This document shows positions 49,051 to 61,299 of a stretch of DNA of 64,000 nt, in pieces. Within the stretch, counting starts at the first letter, position 1, and each line of letters begins with the position of its first letter. Both the position numbers and the translations under genes were made by a program. Location: NCBI RefSeq assembly GCF_001194135.2, contig NC_068987.1, positions 75,223,318 through 75,287,317 on the forward strand. Reading direction: 5' to 3'. Origin of the DNA: Octopus bimaculoides (Eukaryota). The notes beneath the pieces were generated by a model, which saw only the letters and a program-made list of their open reading frames with translations, was not told the DNA's origin and searched no databases.

Positions 49051-51689
49051 ATTTTTTGGGGCACCTAAGATTTATATTTCTGGCCACGTTTCAATGTGCA
49101 CTTTTTGTGTGCACATCATAAACAACATCAGCGGCTAACATTCATTGTTTAGTAGCAGACTATCAACATCAGAAGGAAAATCCATTGCACTTATAATATC
49201 TTGATTTCGTTCATTGTTGCTGTAATAAGAAAATAATGTGGATGTGGTGGATCTCCATCTCAGTTTGAATTTGTTTTTCTTTGTACATAGGAGCTTTCAA
49301 ATTGCATGCTAATGTCATGAAATAAGCAAACCAATAATGCTCAAAAGCTAGATATCAAATTCATTGAGTGAAGCCAGCAAAACACTGACGAATCAAAAGG
49401 TGTTGATTACAAATCAGTCAAGTTTTGATTAAGCTAAACACAGCTCATAAAAAGAAGAGTGAAGGAGAGATAGAGTGCTCAAGTAGACACGTTCACAAAG
49501 ATACAGAAGTCAGACAGTCATGCGTTTAGGTTAATTTCAATATCAGCTGTTTTTCGACAACTTGACTAGTTAGTATGAACAATCTGTAGCAACCAGCAGC
49601 CAAACTGCTCCTAACTTAAAAGTCAACCTTGACAGAGGGCACATATATCTATCCACTCATCCTCCCTCCTCCCTAAGCAAACACACAACCTGCCTGACTA
49701 AATTACTAAGACGAACACAACATTCTCTCACAGAATCAGGCTGGAGCATTAATCTCATTATTCTGATATTCTTCTTTAAGTTTCTTTTCTTGGAATGGTC
49801 ATGTTCCCCTATTAACAATAAAATGGATGACGAATTGAAAATGTCCACAGCTGGATCTTTTTCAGTTTGGCTGCCAATTTGCACTCTCTTAATGAGGCAG
49901 GGAGTATATTTCATTCACAGGGCTCGGGTCTTACTGAATGCTTATTTCTCAAATACGGGGAAGGGTGCTTACTTTATTTTCCCTTACACACAAAACTGAG
50001 AGATAAGAAGATGGACAAATAGGTTGTTACAAACAAGTCTGTTACTATAGAGACAGTAAAGTACAGTCTAAAATATTTTTTCTGGTATCTGAGTTTGGTG
50101 TGTTGCATGGGTTACAGAGTGATAGTTCGGCCACTTCTTGTTTTCTTAAACATCGGCCTCGTTTATTTTTTTCTTTTAAACCTCTACCTATTTCTAGCTT
50201 CCACTGGGAGTGATCACTTGCAATGTCTTCCCGCCAATACTCATATCATATGGCATAGTGCTATACATCAACCATGATGATGCTGATAAAGTGAAAGCCA
50301 TTTCCAAGCGTAAGAGATGGGAGATATTGAACAACAGCATGCTGAGGAAGCTAGCAGCAGAATTCCAATTTGAGAGCTTACATAACTGGAAAAACTCATG
50401 ACTGTTCCAAGCAAGATATATTGCTAAATGATTATCCCATTAAGTTAAATACAATTAAATTTTTCTTCCACAAATGGAACCTACTCATTGACACAGTTCC
50501 ACTGCAACTGTTTGAAAGTTAGTTAACAGGCCTCGTATGCATGTAATGATTAACATGAAAAATATAAATATATAAAATGTTATAGACATAAACACTTCTT
50601 GGACTATCAGATCTCAAGTTTCATTTAAGCATGAATTCATCAACAAAACAAAAAGAATTGAGTTGTCTGCAAATCTACTTTTTGTTTCAGTTGGGAAGAT
50701 CTAAATTAATAAATTTGATGTTAGATTGAAACTACCTATCCAATAGAGGGAAACAAAGGATAAGATTAAAATTACACTCACCTCATTCAACAATAAAATG
50801 TGGAAGTGGAGCCAGGGGTTTATATTATTTAGAAATATATCTTAATATACTTTCTTCTGTTCTGTTCTAACAGAAATGCATAGTGTTAAATACTGGCCTG
50901 TTTAGAGTTCAGAGTGTATTACAAGGTGTATTGAATAGTTAAGCTGTATTTTTAGTAAATCCTTATTTATATTGGTTTCAAACTCTGGCACAAGGCCAGC
51001 AATTTCAGGTGAGGGGGTAAGTCAATTACACTGACCCCATTGCTCGACTGGTACTTATCTTATTGATCCTGAAAGAACGAAATGCAAAGTTGACTTTGGC
51101 TGAATGTGAACTTAGAACATAAGCATGGATGAAATGCTGCTAAGCATTTGACTAGCATGCTAATGATTCAGCCAGCTTGCTGTCTTAAAATCCCTATTTA
51201 TATTGCACACACATCAGTGATTTCTTAATTACTCCCTTTATATATATGAAATTAAGCTATTTGACAGCTGGCATTGAATTTTTCGGCTTTCTGTTTCTAA
51301 TTTGCATTTGGTTCTTACTATATAGATTTTAGAATTCTCAGTCATTCTTTAATGCTTGAAACTTTTCAGTAAGAAGCAGTATATCACCAGTAATTTGAAC
51401 TTCTCAAAGATGTCCAATGCTATACTTTTGTATTGTTGCTCATGATGAACAGAAATAGTCTGATGACAGAGCTCTTGTGCTCTATCAATAACTCTCTCAG
51501 TAATTTCAACACTTTAGTGAACTCCCACAAAAAACCTTGCTTACAACACTTTCTGACACAACTTTAACTGTTTTCTAGCCATTTCATATATATCGAGCTT
51601 TCTAGCACTTATGACACCCTATGACATGAGAGTGTGCCAAAGAGTATCTTTTTGAGATCAAGAGATTATTCAATATAGCTTCCTTTTAA

Positions 51690-52090
51690 GATGGCAAGTT
51701 GGCAGAAACGTTAGCACGCTGAGTGAAATGCTTACCGGTATTTTGTCTGCTGCTATGTTCTGACTTCAAATTCTGCCAAGGTTGACTTTAACTTTCATCC
51801 TTTCGGAGTCGATGAAATAAGTACCAGTTACGCACTGGGGTCGATATAATCAGCTTAATCCGTTTGTCTGTCCTTGTTTGTCCTCTTGTAGGCAGTAAAG
51901 AAATAAGAAACGTTAGCATGCCCAGTGAAATGTTTAGCAGTATTTCATTGGTCATTACATTCTGAGTTAAAATTCCGCTGAGGTCGACTTTGCCTTTCAT
52001 CCTTTCAGGGTTGATAAATTAAGCACCAATTGCTAATCGACTGGCCCCCTCCCCCAAAATTTCAGGCCCTGTGCCTAGAGTAGAAAAGAA
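51690..52090 (+). repeat. Dimeric Nin-core SINE (two heads in tandem)
   Basis: Two gaaacgttagca..aaatg..gagtt.aaatt..ctttcatcctttc units; tail gtgcctagagtagaaaag. Confidence 0.8.
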
Positions 52091-52239
52091 TATAGCTTCC
52101 TTTAAGAGATAATGCATCAATGGTAATTCAATAAGACATAGCTAAAATCGCTGATGCAGGAAAGCTAACCTAAACACCACTTCAAAAAGTCTCATTCAAC
52201 CAATGCCTGTATAGAATAAGTAAAATTCCTAGCTGCTGA

Positions 52240-52530
52240 CCGGAAGGGAAGGCTGCCCTCTCAACCAATACACTGCTGTGGATACACCACACTTTCTGAT
52301 CCATAGTATTGGCCTCAGCATGCTTGAAATTGAGACACTGTGACTTCAGGTCTTCCTCAATTTGTTTTGCCCATGTCTTCCCTGGTGTTCTGGACTGGAT
52401 TCTCCAGCGTGGGTGGGGGGGTCTCTGCTGCTACAAAAGTTGGTATGGTAGTCTTCCAGTGCTCATCCTGCAGATGTGACCAAACCAGTGTAGCATGTGC
52501 TGCCAGACTTGGAATAGCAGACATAAAAAC
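52240..52530 (-). mobile_element. Old RTE 3' fragment
   Basis: Decayed ..RTPGKTWAKQIEEDLK motif on the minus strand. Confidence 0.5.
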
Positions 52531-53002
52531 AATGATGATGGTAAATAGTCAACAGCTGATATATTCACGCTACATGTGCAACAACATATTTTAAAAAGGT
52601 ATAATCATTAAGGTGATTTGATCTTACTGTGGAATTATTTGTAATTATGCTATACACACACAAACACATATAAATGTATGAACCACTGTCAGATTATTAC
52701 TAACATAGCAATTTACATTCAACTTAATTACAATGCTGTGGTGGGTTCTGGAATAAAGCTTATAAACATAACTTTCAATTTCTTTGGTCATCCTAAATTA
52801 CCCCCAAATTATGAGGTTAAAAAAACAACAACAACAATCGACAAACTTAGAAGTGGAGAAAGAAAACGTCATCTCCAGTAACGAAAGAGTATAAAATGTC
52901 TATAAACATAGATGTTGTTTGTTTATTCCTTTGGAAATGTATTCGTGTTCTCAGTTTAAAGATACTGAGAAAGACTAGATCCGCCTTTATTATTACCGTA
53001 CT

Positions 53003-53220
53003 TAAGGCAGCGGGCTGGCAGAATCGTTACTACGCCGGACAAAATGCTTAACGGCATTTCTTCCGTCTTTATGTTCTGAGTTCAAATTCCGCCGAGGTCG
53101 ACTTTGACTCTCATCCTTTCGGAACCGATGGAATAAGTGCCAGTTGTGCAAGGGAATCGATGTAATCGACAAGTCTTCTGCCCTTAAAAATTTCAGGCTT
53201 TGTGCTTAAAGTAGAAAGGA
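53003..53220 (+). repeat. Nin-core SINE
   Basis: aaggcagcgggctggcagaatcgtta head, ctgagttcaaattccgccgaggtcgac. Confidence 0.8.
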
Positions 53221-54424
53221 TTAATGCACTTAAAGAAATGAGTTTCAAAAACAAAGGAAACAAAAATATCACTCTGGGTCCTGTCTGTGAAGCTGGGCCT
53301 CTCGTAACTTTCAATGCTCTAAAACTTATTTTGAAATTGTGTCTTTTAATGCCATCAAATACGCAAGTTTCCGTCTCATTTCGTAATTTCAATTGTTTTT
53401 ATTGCCTCTCATTACCTCCCCAATCGGTTTAATTTGGGACGGGACAGCAATATTATGACAAAACCTTATTGCTTTTAATCATAGGTCTGTCTGCTTGATC
53501 GGGGATGACCTGTGTAAACATGCACTCAGCCCATCATTTTCCTTAACCAAATAAGATATATTTTCGGTGCAAACATTAAAACATATTTTATAATTTGAAA
53601 GGAGAGGTCCAAAAATTTTTCTGAATTTTCATTTTGTACGGAGCTGAAGACATTAACGTATAAAATATCAAACACACACGCAGAACAGAGTAGAAAAAAA
53701 GTAGTGATACATCTTTTTTACCCTTGTTTTTACAGACTTAACTAATCTATCACCTCAATAGATTTTGTTTCGTAAAATATTTTGTCTAAGGTAAGTATAC
53801 AAAATAAACGAATGCACATTAATATATGTGTTGTTAATTTTTAGACAAAAAATATCCATTCTTCCTGCAGAAATAATACACCAGAAAATCGTGTTTATTT
53901 GGTTGCCGCAGAGAATTTCTCCCAATACATGAGCCTCTACATAAAGGCTCAACCTGCTAGAAACGGCAGCCAAATCGCCTTTAAAACATCATCGCAAAAA
54001 AAAAAAAAAAATGGGGATGGACTTAATAGATAATACATATACCCCACCCCAAAAAGACGGTATGGGCTAATTTGGAATGTCTTTGATCACACGCCTGTTT
54101 AGAGTTGATTTTCAGGCTAAAGAACAATTTACTGAATTCGCGACAATGATGGAATCTACATGCAGTCGTTTGAGCAGTAGCCAAATGTCTTTCAAATCAT
54201 ACACCTGCACGCATTGGATAATGTTGTTTCAGGTAAACTATATCTAAAAACAAATACTAAAGAAGAAAATATGGCTATAGAATTTCGTGGAATATAGATT
54301 TGCTTGATCAAGGATGATCTCTAAGTAACAACACAAATCTTGGAATAACTGTATGGCTGTAGAATCATTGCCTGTCAAGTCAATTCGAGTGTTACACTTG
54401 ATTCTAATCCAATACAATGTAATG

Positions 54425-54789
54425 CAGTGGTTCTCAACCATTCTATTTTTTTTTTATACATATGAACCCCTTTGATTTCTGTTTTATTCTGGTGTACACC
54501 CAAAGCCATGCAATGTTTAAAAACTAGTTTTATAGTTCCTTCTTTCAAAATCCCTATTTTGTTTTTCACAAGTTCACAATAATACTCACTGAAAGAACAT
54601 GTTTCAGTTGCCAAACATGTTAAATTTTTTAAAACATTAGAGGATGAAACTTAGATGTTTCTTGCAATAAATACATCTAATGCAAAGTTTTTTCATGGAC
54701 CCTCATTATTCTTCTGTGGAACCCCAATTTACTAATTTGCTTGCGTGAACTCCCCAAAATTTTATATGGACCCCGGTTGAGAATCATCA
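54425..54789. mobile_element. hAT/Buster-type MITE
   Basis: cagtggttctcaacc start, degenerate ggttgagaatcatca end; 5' flank atgtaatg has the central TA. Confidence 0.7.
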
Positions 54790-54847
54790 ATCAAATGCAT
54801 TGATGGACTGTCGGTAACTAAATTAGTATCCAACCAGGTTAGCTTGG

Positions 54848-55205
54848 TGATGAGGTCAGGTCAGGTATTAGGGTGTGCGCCGTTCCAGCGCGTTGCTGCA
54901 TTCACCATTTGTCGGTATTTACTCGAGTCGTCTCGAACAACTCTTCCAGCAGTGTCCCAGTCAGTTCCCAACTCTGCGGGATACTTCTTCATCCACCGTG
55001 ACCACGTGGCCGAGCAACACGAGCCGTCACCTCAGCCAAATCCGCAAAGAGAACACAATACATAGGATCTTACTCGAAAAATCGAGCAACATGACCAAAC
55101 AGTCTAAGCTGAGATAACAGGACGTATCCTATGCAGGTAACAGGACGCATCCTAGTTTCTGAGTATAGTCGTTGGCTGGATACGAAATCTGACCAACGGT
55201 CACCC
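54848..55205 (-). mobile_element. RTE 3' fragment with (tgacc)n tail
   Basis: WSDFVSSQRL..QLRLFGHVARF (ORF 55070..55252). Confidence 0.8.
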
Positions 55206-55474
55206 ATTGGTGATGGGAAGTAACAAGAAACCCAGTCAAAAAGACCTGCCAAAAGGATGGTTAACTAAATAGAAGGTCAAAATTCTATTCAAGGGCAAAG
55301 AAATACTCGAGGTAGTGAATGGGTACTCTCCAAGAGTACTCTAAAAGAGATGGACCTCTAGTTCATGTCTCAGAAGATGTAAACATTGGAATTTTGATCA
55401 CTTTTGGCATTACTAATTTTTCCATTGTTTGTTTCTCTCATTAACTCCAGTTAAACTTGCATGCATCTATTAGC

Positions 55475-55858
55475 CATGATGGCGCTCCGTTGCTTACGAC
55501 GACGAGGGTTCCAGTTAATCCGATTAACGGAACAGCCTGCTCGTGAAATTAACGTGCAAGTGGCTGAGCACTCCACAGATACGTGTACCCTTAACGTAGT
55601 TCTCGGGGAGATTCAGCGTGACACAGAATGTGACAAGGTTGGCCCTTCGAATTACAGGCACAATAGAAGCAAGAAGAGTGAGAGAAAGTTGTGGTGAAAG
55701 AGTACAGCAGGGTTCGCCAGCATCCTCTGCCAGAGAGCCTCGTGGAGCTTCAGGTGTTTTCGCTCAATAAACACTCAAAACGCCCGGTCTGGGAATCGAA
55801 ACTGCGGTACTATAACCGCGAGTCCGTTGCCCTAACCACTGGGCCATTTCGCCTCTAC
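55475..55858 (-). repeat. Full-length about 385-bp tRNA-derived SINE
   Basis: A box tggcccagtgg and B box gtttcgattcc on the minus strand; 8-bp TSD ctattagc. Confidence 0.9.
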
Positions 55859-56091
55859 CTATTAGCTATAGAAACAACAATTCTAACCTTAGCTGAAATT
55901 AATTCATCTTACTAACCAAAAATTCATTTATTTGTATAACTTTGCACCAAAAGATGAATTGATCCAACAAAATGAGCAATGGTTAAAATTGGCTAAAAGC
56001 TGGTCAATAAGCATGACTCCGCATTTACTTGCCTTCGTGAGTCCACCAATAACCGTAAAATAGTTCATTTGCTACATAGCTAGTGACTGTG

Positions 56092-56479
56092 CGTGGAGGC
56101 GCAATGGCCCAGTGGTTAGGGCAGCGGGCTCGTGGTCATAGGATCACGGTTTCGATTCCCAGACCGGGCCTTGTGAGTGTTTATTGAGCGAAAACACCTA
56201 AAGCTCCACGAGGCTCCGGCAGGGGGTGGTGGAAAACCCTGCTGTACTCTTTCACCACAACTTTCTCTCACTCTTAGTTCCTGTTTCTGTTGTGCCTGTA
56301 ATTCAAAGGGTCAGCCTTGTCACACTGTGTCACGCTGAATATCCCTGAGAACTACGTTAAGGGTACACGTGTCTGTGGAGTGCTCAGCCACTTGCACGTT
56401 AATTTCACGAGCAAGCTGTTCCGTTGATCGGATCAACTGGAACCCTCGCCGTCGTAAGCGACGGAGTACCAACAACAAC
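56092..56479 (+). repeat. Full-length tRNA-derived SINE of the same family with (caa)n tail
   Basis: A box tggcccagtgg, B box ggtttcgattcc; 10-bp TSD agtgactgtg at 56082-56091 and 56480-56489. Confidence 0.9.
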
Positions 56480-57559
56480 AGTGACTGTGTTCACGGCCTG
56501 TGTCATAACCAGGATTACCAATTTTGTGCTTTTTTATTTTCGACGCAAAAAAATCCGTCGTGTAACGAGCTCGCGTAAGTTTAGTGCTTTTTATTATAAT
56601 TTAATTTTAGAGTTAGTGTTTTCCATTAGAGTAGAATTTAGTTGGGAGTTTTCTGTTCAAAATTCAGGCGGAAAAAATTTTGACAAGCAAAGCTGTTTCT
56701 CCACCCTTTTTAAAGCAAATCTTTTCTGAAGTTTAACGAGTAAACAAAAAATTTGAAACAGAAATAGAAGATCCCACTAAATAATTGAATGATTTTCAGC
56801 ATCTCATTGATGCAATAATTTTAATACTAGGAAAGAAGCTAAAACGAAAATGATTCAGTGGCGGATTATTTAAATTAGAAGCCACATCTTGGTTATCACA
56901 TTGAGAAGGCAATCTCAGTGTAAATTTACTGAGCAAGAAGAAAAAAAGATAAGTGGCCCGATGCATAAAATTTGTCTCAAACCAATAAAACCTGGAATTA
57001 TAGAATTTGCAAAGCATTTTAATGAAGAATCAGAGATTTTGACAAAAACTAAGTTTCAATGGGAAAAAATTCGCCCTGTATCTCAATCTTAATTGAGCAA
57101 AAACACTCAAGTAAAATGAACACAGAAGCATACGCAAAAGTTAAAAGAAGAAAAAAAAAAGGCATTCAGAGAATGATTTATCTAAAAATACTCTTACCTT
57201 TCTTTACCTTGTCTGTTTTGCAAAATCTTACCTAAGTGAGAATAATTTTGAACTTCATTGCGATTTCTAGTATATGAAAACTTGATGCTGTATTCTGTTT
57301 ATATACAATTTGAAAACTATTCTAATAGAACTTCCACTGTATTCTGTTAATACCATTGCTGACGTACCAAAAACCATTTTTTTTCACAGAAAAGGGTATT
57401 TAACTGTTATTTCTTAACACATTATAAAAGGAAAATACCTTCGCTGTTCATGTGTAAATTACCAAACCGTCGATATATTACTAAATAACACATCGAATAA
57501 AATTGTTTCCTTTCATCCAAGTTGCGAGATTTGGATACTATCCAGTGTTCTTCGGGGTC

Positions 57560-57950
57560 GCCTGAACTCTGCTTGTACCAGGACACTTCGCAGGATTACG
57601 GGTTACCTTTGGTCGGATTTAGTATCCAACCAGCGACTATACTTAGAAAGAGGGATGCGTACCGCTAATTGTATGACCCGGGAGCGTTGGCTCAGACTGG
57701 TTACGGTCGATTTTACGAATTAGACCCTGCGTACCGTGTTCTTTTCTGAGGATCCAGTTGGTGTGACAGTTCGTGTAGGTCGGCCACATGCCACAAGGTC
57801 ACGGCAGAAAAGAAAGTATTCCGTGGAATGGGGACTGACTGGAACATTGCGAGGAGAGATGCCCAGGACGACCCAAAGACACACTGATGAATGTTAGATA
57901 CAGCGATGCGCTGCAATGGTGCATACCTCTATATCTGACTTGACCTTGCA
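57560..57950 (+). mobile_element. RTE 3' fragment with tgacttgacc tail
   Basis: Homologous to 54848-55205 in the opposite orientation (ggtcggatttagtatccaaccagcgactatac; gtaggtcggccacatg). Confidence 0.7.
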
Positions 57951-58829
57951 TCCAACATCTATCTCCACTTCACTCAAGCTTCTCATTCGTCCAACTTATT
58001 CAGACTCCTTAGCTGTGGTGGTGTGATGAAGTTATTACGAACTCAGAGGTGGGTATTTTTGCATTGGTCAGAGTACCACAGGCGTCTGTAGCATAGCAGA
58101 ACAGTCGAATTACTTCGCCCCAGCGTAGCAGCACACTGGAGCTGCGTTCCCCGGCTCTTTAAAAGCTAGCGGCGGAGGAATACACACGACGACCTCCGCC
58201 CAGAGTAAGAAAGCGCGCTTTTCAAGAGCGATTATTCAGTCGCTGTCTAAAGGCTGGAAAGTTAATATCTCGTTCCCTTTTGTCGCTGCTTTGCCTTATC
58301 CCATTCAGATGCAGACACTTAACTGTTGACGAGCTTCTAGCTCGACACGCTATAGGGTTTCTACCTCGCCTCACTATCACTTCAAAACCCATTGGATATT
58401 TTAGATTTGCAGCCCCAAGTACCAGAGCTAACTACCTTGATGTGCACCTAGCTAGAACCTTCATGATTGCTCTAAATCCTAAAGTTCACTATCACCAATG
58501 ATCTCTCCTTGGTGAAAGTACATTTTTTGCATACCTAGGACAACATCACAAAGACTGACACTTCTTTTCAGAGCTAGAAAATATTTCAACCCCCAAAATT
58601 GCTGATACTCTACAAAGCTCAAGTGATGCTCACAACAGAACATTTCTCCCACATGTGGCCCAGTGTTCCTGTTATACAAACATATCCACAGAGGGGCCAC
58701 TTGACTGCTAAGTATAAAGTCACTCACAGACTTTATGGTTTTGTGATTTAAAAAAAGTTTTTAATTTTTGGAATATTCTAATTGCTTTTGTTTTTCATCA
58801 TTACTCTGTCATTATTGTCCTTTTCTATT

Positions 58830-59700
58830 ATCAGTTGTTCATATTCTATAATCCTTACAACAGACATGTTGCCCACTATTCAGTTTTTGAGTCTGTTTAA
58901 AATCAACAGGCCTACAATATCCAGCATTTCTGCTTTAAGCTGCTCATGGATATATTGATGAGGTCTTTGCCATTGTCTTCACCCAGTAGGAATCAGTGTA
59001 AAATAGCAATTTTCTGGCATTTATTATTACATTTATGTTGATTGTGGCTTATAGCTTGCAGAATTCTTGTGTTTGTAGAAGCAGATATTTTTAAATCAAT
59101 GGTTAGAATATTACTATGGCAAACTATAAATCTACAATTGATCTTGTCAGTTATACAGGTGAAACATTCAATGGTGACACTGTGACATACCCATTGGGTT
59201 AATTTAAAGGCTGATCTAATATGCAAGAAGCTAGAGTCTAGTATTCTTTTACTTACAATGCCTAGCTTGCTTTTCATAGAATTAATCTGCAATTAAGGTT
59301 CTGGGTGAAGTTTTGGTGATTCTTCAAAGTCACAAATAATTTTTGTGGATTAAGGCATTCTATGCAGTTATGTATGTTTACTAAAGTAGCTAGATATTTT
59401 TGCTTCATCATTATATGTCCAAGGATTACTATTTTTCTAGGTTTTTGTAGTATTATCTAAAAAACTTATAAGTATATTTATCAATTTTATATATATTTTG
59501 TGTCTTAGCTGTTTTTAGAAAGATATTAGGGGAAATTTTTGATAGGGATGTCAAAATTCTTTTACCGAATTCTGAAATCAGTTGATTCTGTTGTTGAATT
59601 TGACATTTATAATGTGTTTAAACAAGATCTTCCTGAAGTCTAGCTAAGTTCTTTAAGTGTTTCTTTTTTTTGCCTGATTTGAAACTGAAAATGTCCTAAG
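58830..59700 (-). mobile_element. Decayed Penelope-like (Neptune-type) reverse transcriptase
   Basis: FVTLKNH.NF..N..CRLIN..KSKLGIVSKRILD, TIECF..I.DK..C.FI and DIVGLLILNRLK segments. Confidence 0.7.
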
Positions 59701-61053
59701 GGTGAATTGGACAAACCTTTGTCAAAGAAGAATACTTACCATTTCATATTTTTAAGTAATGGTTCTATCTTTTTATTAGTCATATGGTACAACTTTTATA
59801 TAGTAGTCCCATGTTTCTTTGTGGCTTGGGTGTTCTACTCTTTCTCTCTTTCATCCAGCAGTCATGGGACCCCAGTAAATCATGGAAGGAATCATGGTTG
59901 TGGTGTATTAGAGTGGTTGAATTAAGAGTGTCAAGGTTTTCATTTAAAGAATTGCTAAGAATGATGATGATGATGATTGAATAATGCTGTTGCTGACAAT
60001 GATTAAACAACGTCGATGATCTCTAAATTTAGTACAAAGACTATGGGAGGAGGGTAGACCATTTGAGTTAACATCATGTCTTCTTGATCCAAGAAAATTG
60101 AAAATCAGAGTCAGCCCCATCAGGGATTTTAACTCAGAATGCAAGAGAGAGGCAGTGAAATACCACAGACCATTTGATCAGGTGCTCTACCATTTTTAGT
60201 GTTCTTTTTTTTTTAGTTCAGAATTAGTCAATGGATCAAGGGAAGATGTCTGTGTCTTTTGTAGGTTTTTCTAGCATTAGTGAAATTTCTGTCTTTGATA
60301 TTTAGTATGATCCTCTATAGATCAATATGTGTAGAAAGAATGTGGATAGTGTGTGTGTGGTGGGGTGTGTCCCAGTTCAAGAAAAGAAGAATCAGTGTAT
60401 TAAATGCAGTGTTTTGTAAGTGGATCAGAGTGGAAGAAAAGTAGATAGATTAAGTGTTTTTAAAGATGGGTGCTAGACAATTTAATAGCTCAGAGGGGCA
60501 GAACAATTATAGTAAAAATAGACAGATGTAGAAGGAGGATACAGCTTGCAAACGGGCTAGTTGTTGTTTAGAATGAGGTTAACCCAGATCAAACTGACCA
60601 ATTATCAAAGATTCTGAAGCTGTAATCATAGAAAGGGATACATAATTAATATATCCCTAGTTATATAAATAGAAGTGTTATTTGAAGAGACTTGGCTGAT
60701 ATTTCTAGCAGATCAAATAGAAGCTCTTTTTTTTTTGACTCATTCTTGCAGAAGTATTGACTATATTTGGTGATTGTGTGCATTTAGTAGGGTGGCAGAT
60801 GGACAAAAGTGATCTATGGGTGGATTTTTTTTTTATTAGTGCAGAGTTGAATAGTACGGGAAGCAGGTGTAACATTTCTTTCAGCAGTGTTACTGCAGGT
60901 AAAAGACATTCTTTCAAACTGGTAAAGATCCTTTTTGCAAAGGAACAAGTAACAAGGTCTGTTTCAAGTGAAAGAGCTGGATAAAGTTAAAGAACACATT
61001 GAATTATGATGGTAAAGATTCACCTATATGGAAACAAATGAGTTTCTCTAAAG

Positions 61054-61299
61054 CAGTGGTCTTTAACCATTTTTTACTTATGGACCCCTTTGATTACTGT
61101 TCTGTTCTGATGGAGCTCCAAAGCCACTTGATGCATAAAAACTAGTTTTATAGACATTTCTTTCATAAGTCCTATTTTGTTTTTTTACACATTAAATCAT
61201 GAGTTGAGCCATGTAAAATGTTAGAGAAAGAAAACCTAGCTGTTTCTTGAATCCCTAATTTACTATTTTGCTTGCATGGACCCTGGCTGAGGATTATTT
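61054..61299. mobile_element. hAT/Buster-type MITE related to the 54425 copy
   Basis: cagtggtcttt start; perfect 8-bp TSD ctctaaag (central TA) at 61046-61053 and 61300-61307. Confidence 0.8.

Noticed and set aside
49657-49914. 85-aa ORF as a host exon
   Set aside because: No convincing splice context or recognisable domain; more likely a decayed LINE C-terminus
55475-56479. Inverted segmental duplication, or genuine tRNA genes
   Set aside because: Separate TSDs show independent SINE insertions; the heads lack a full cloverleaf and a T-run terminator
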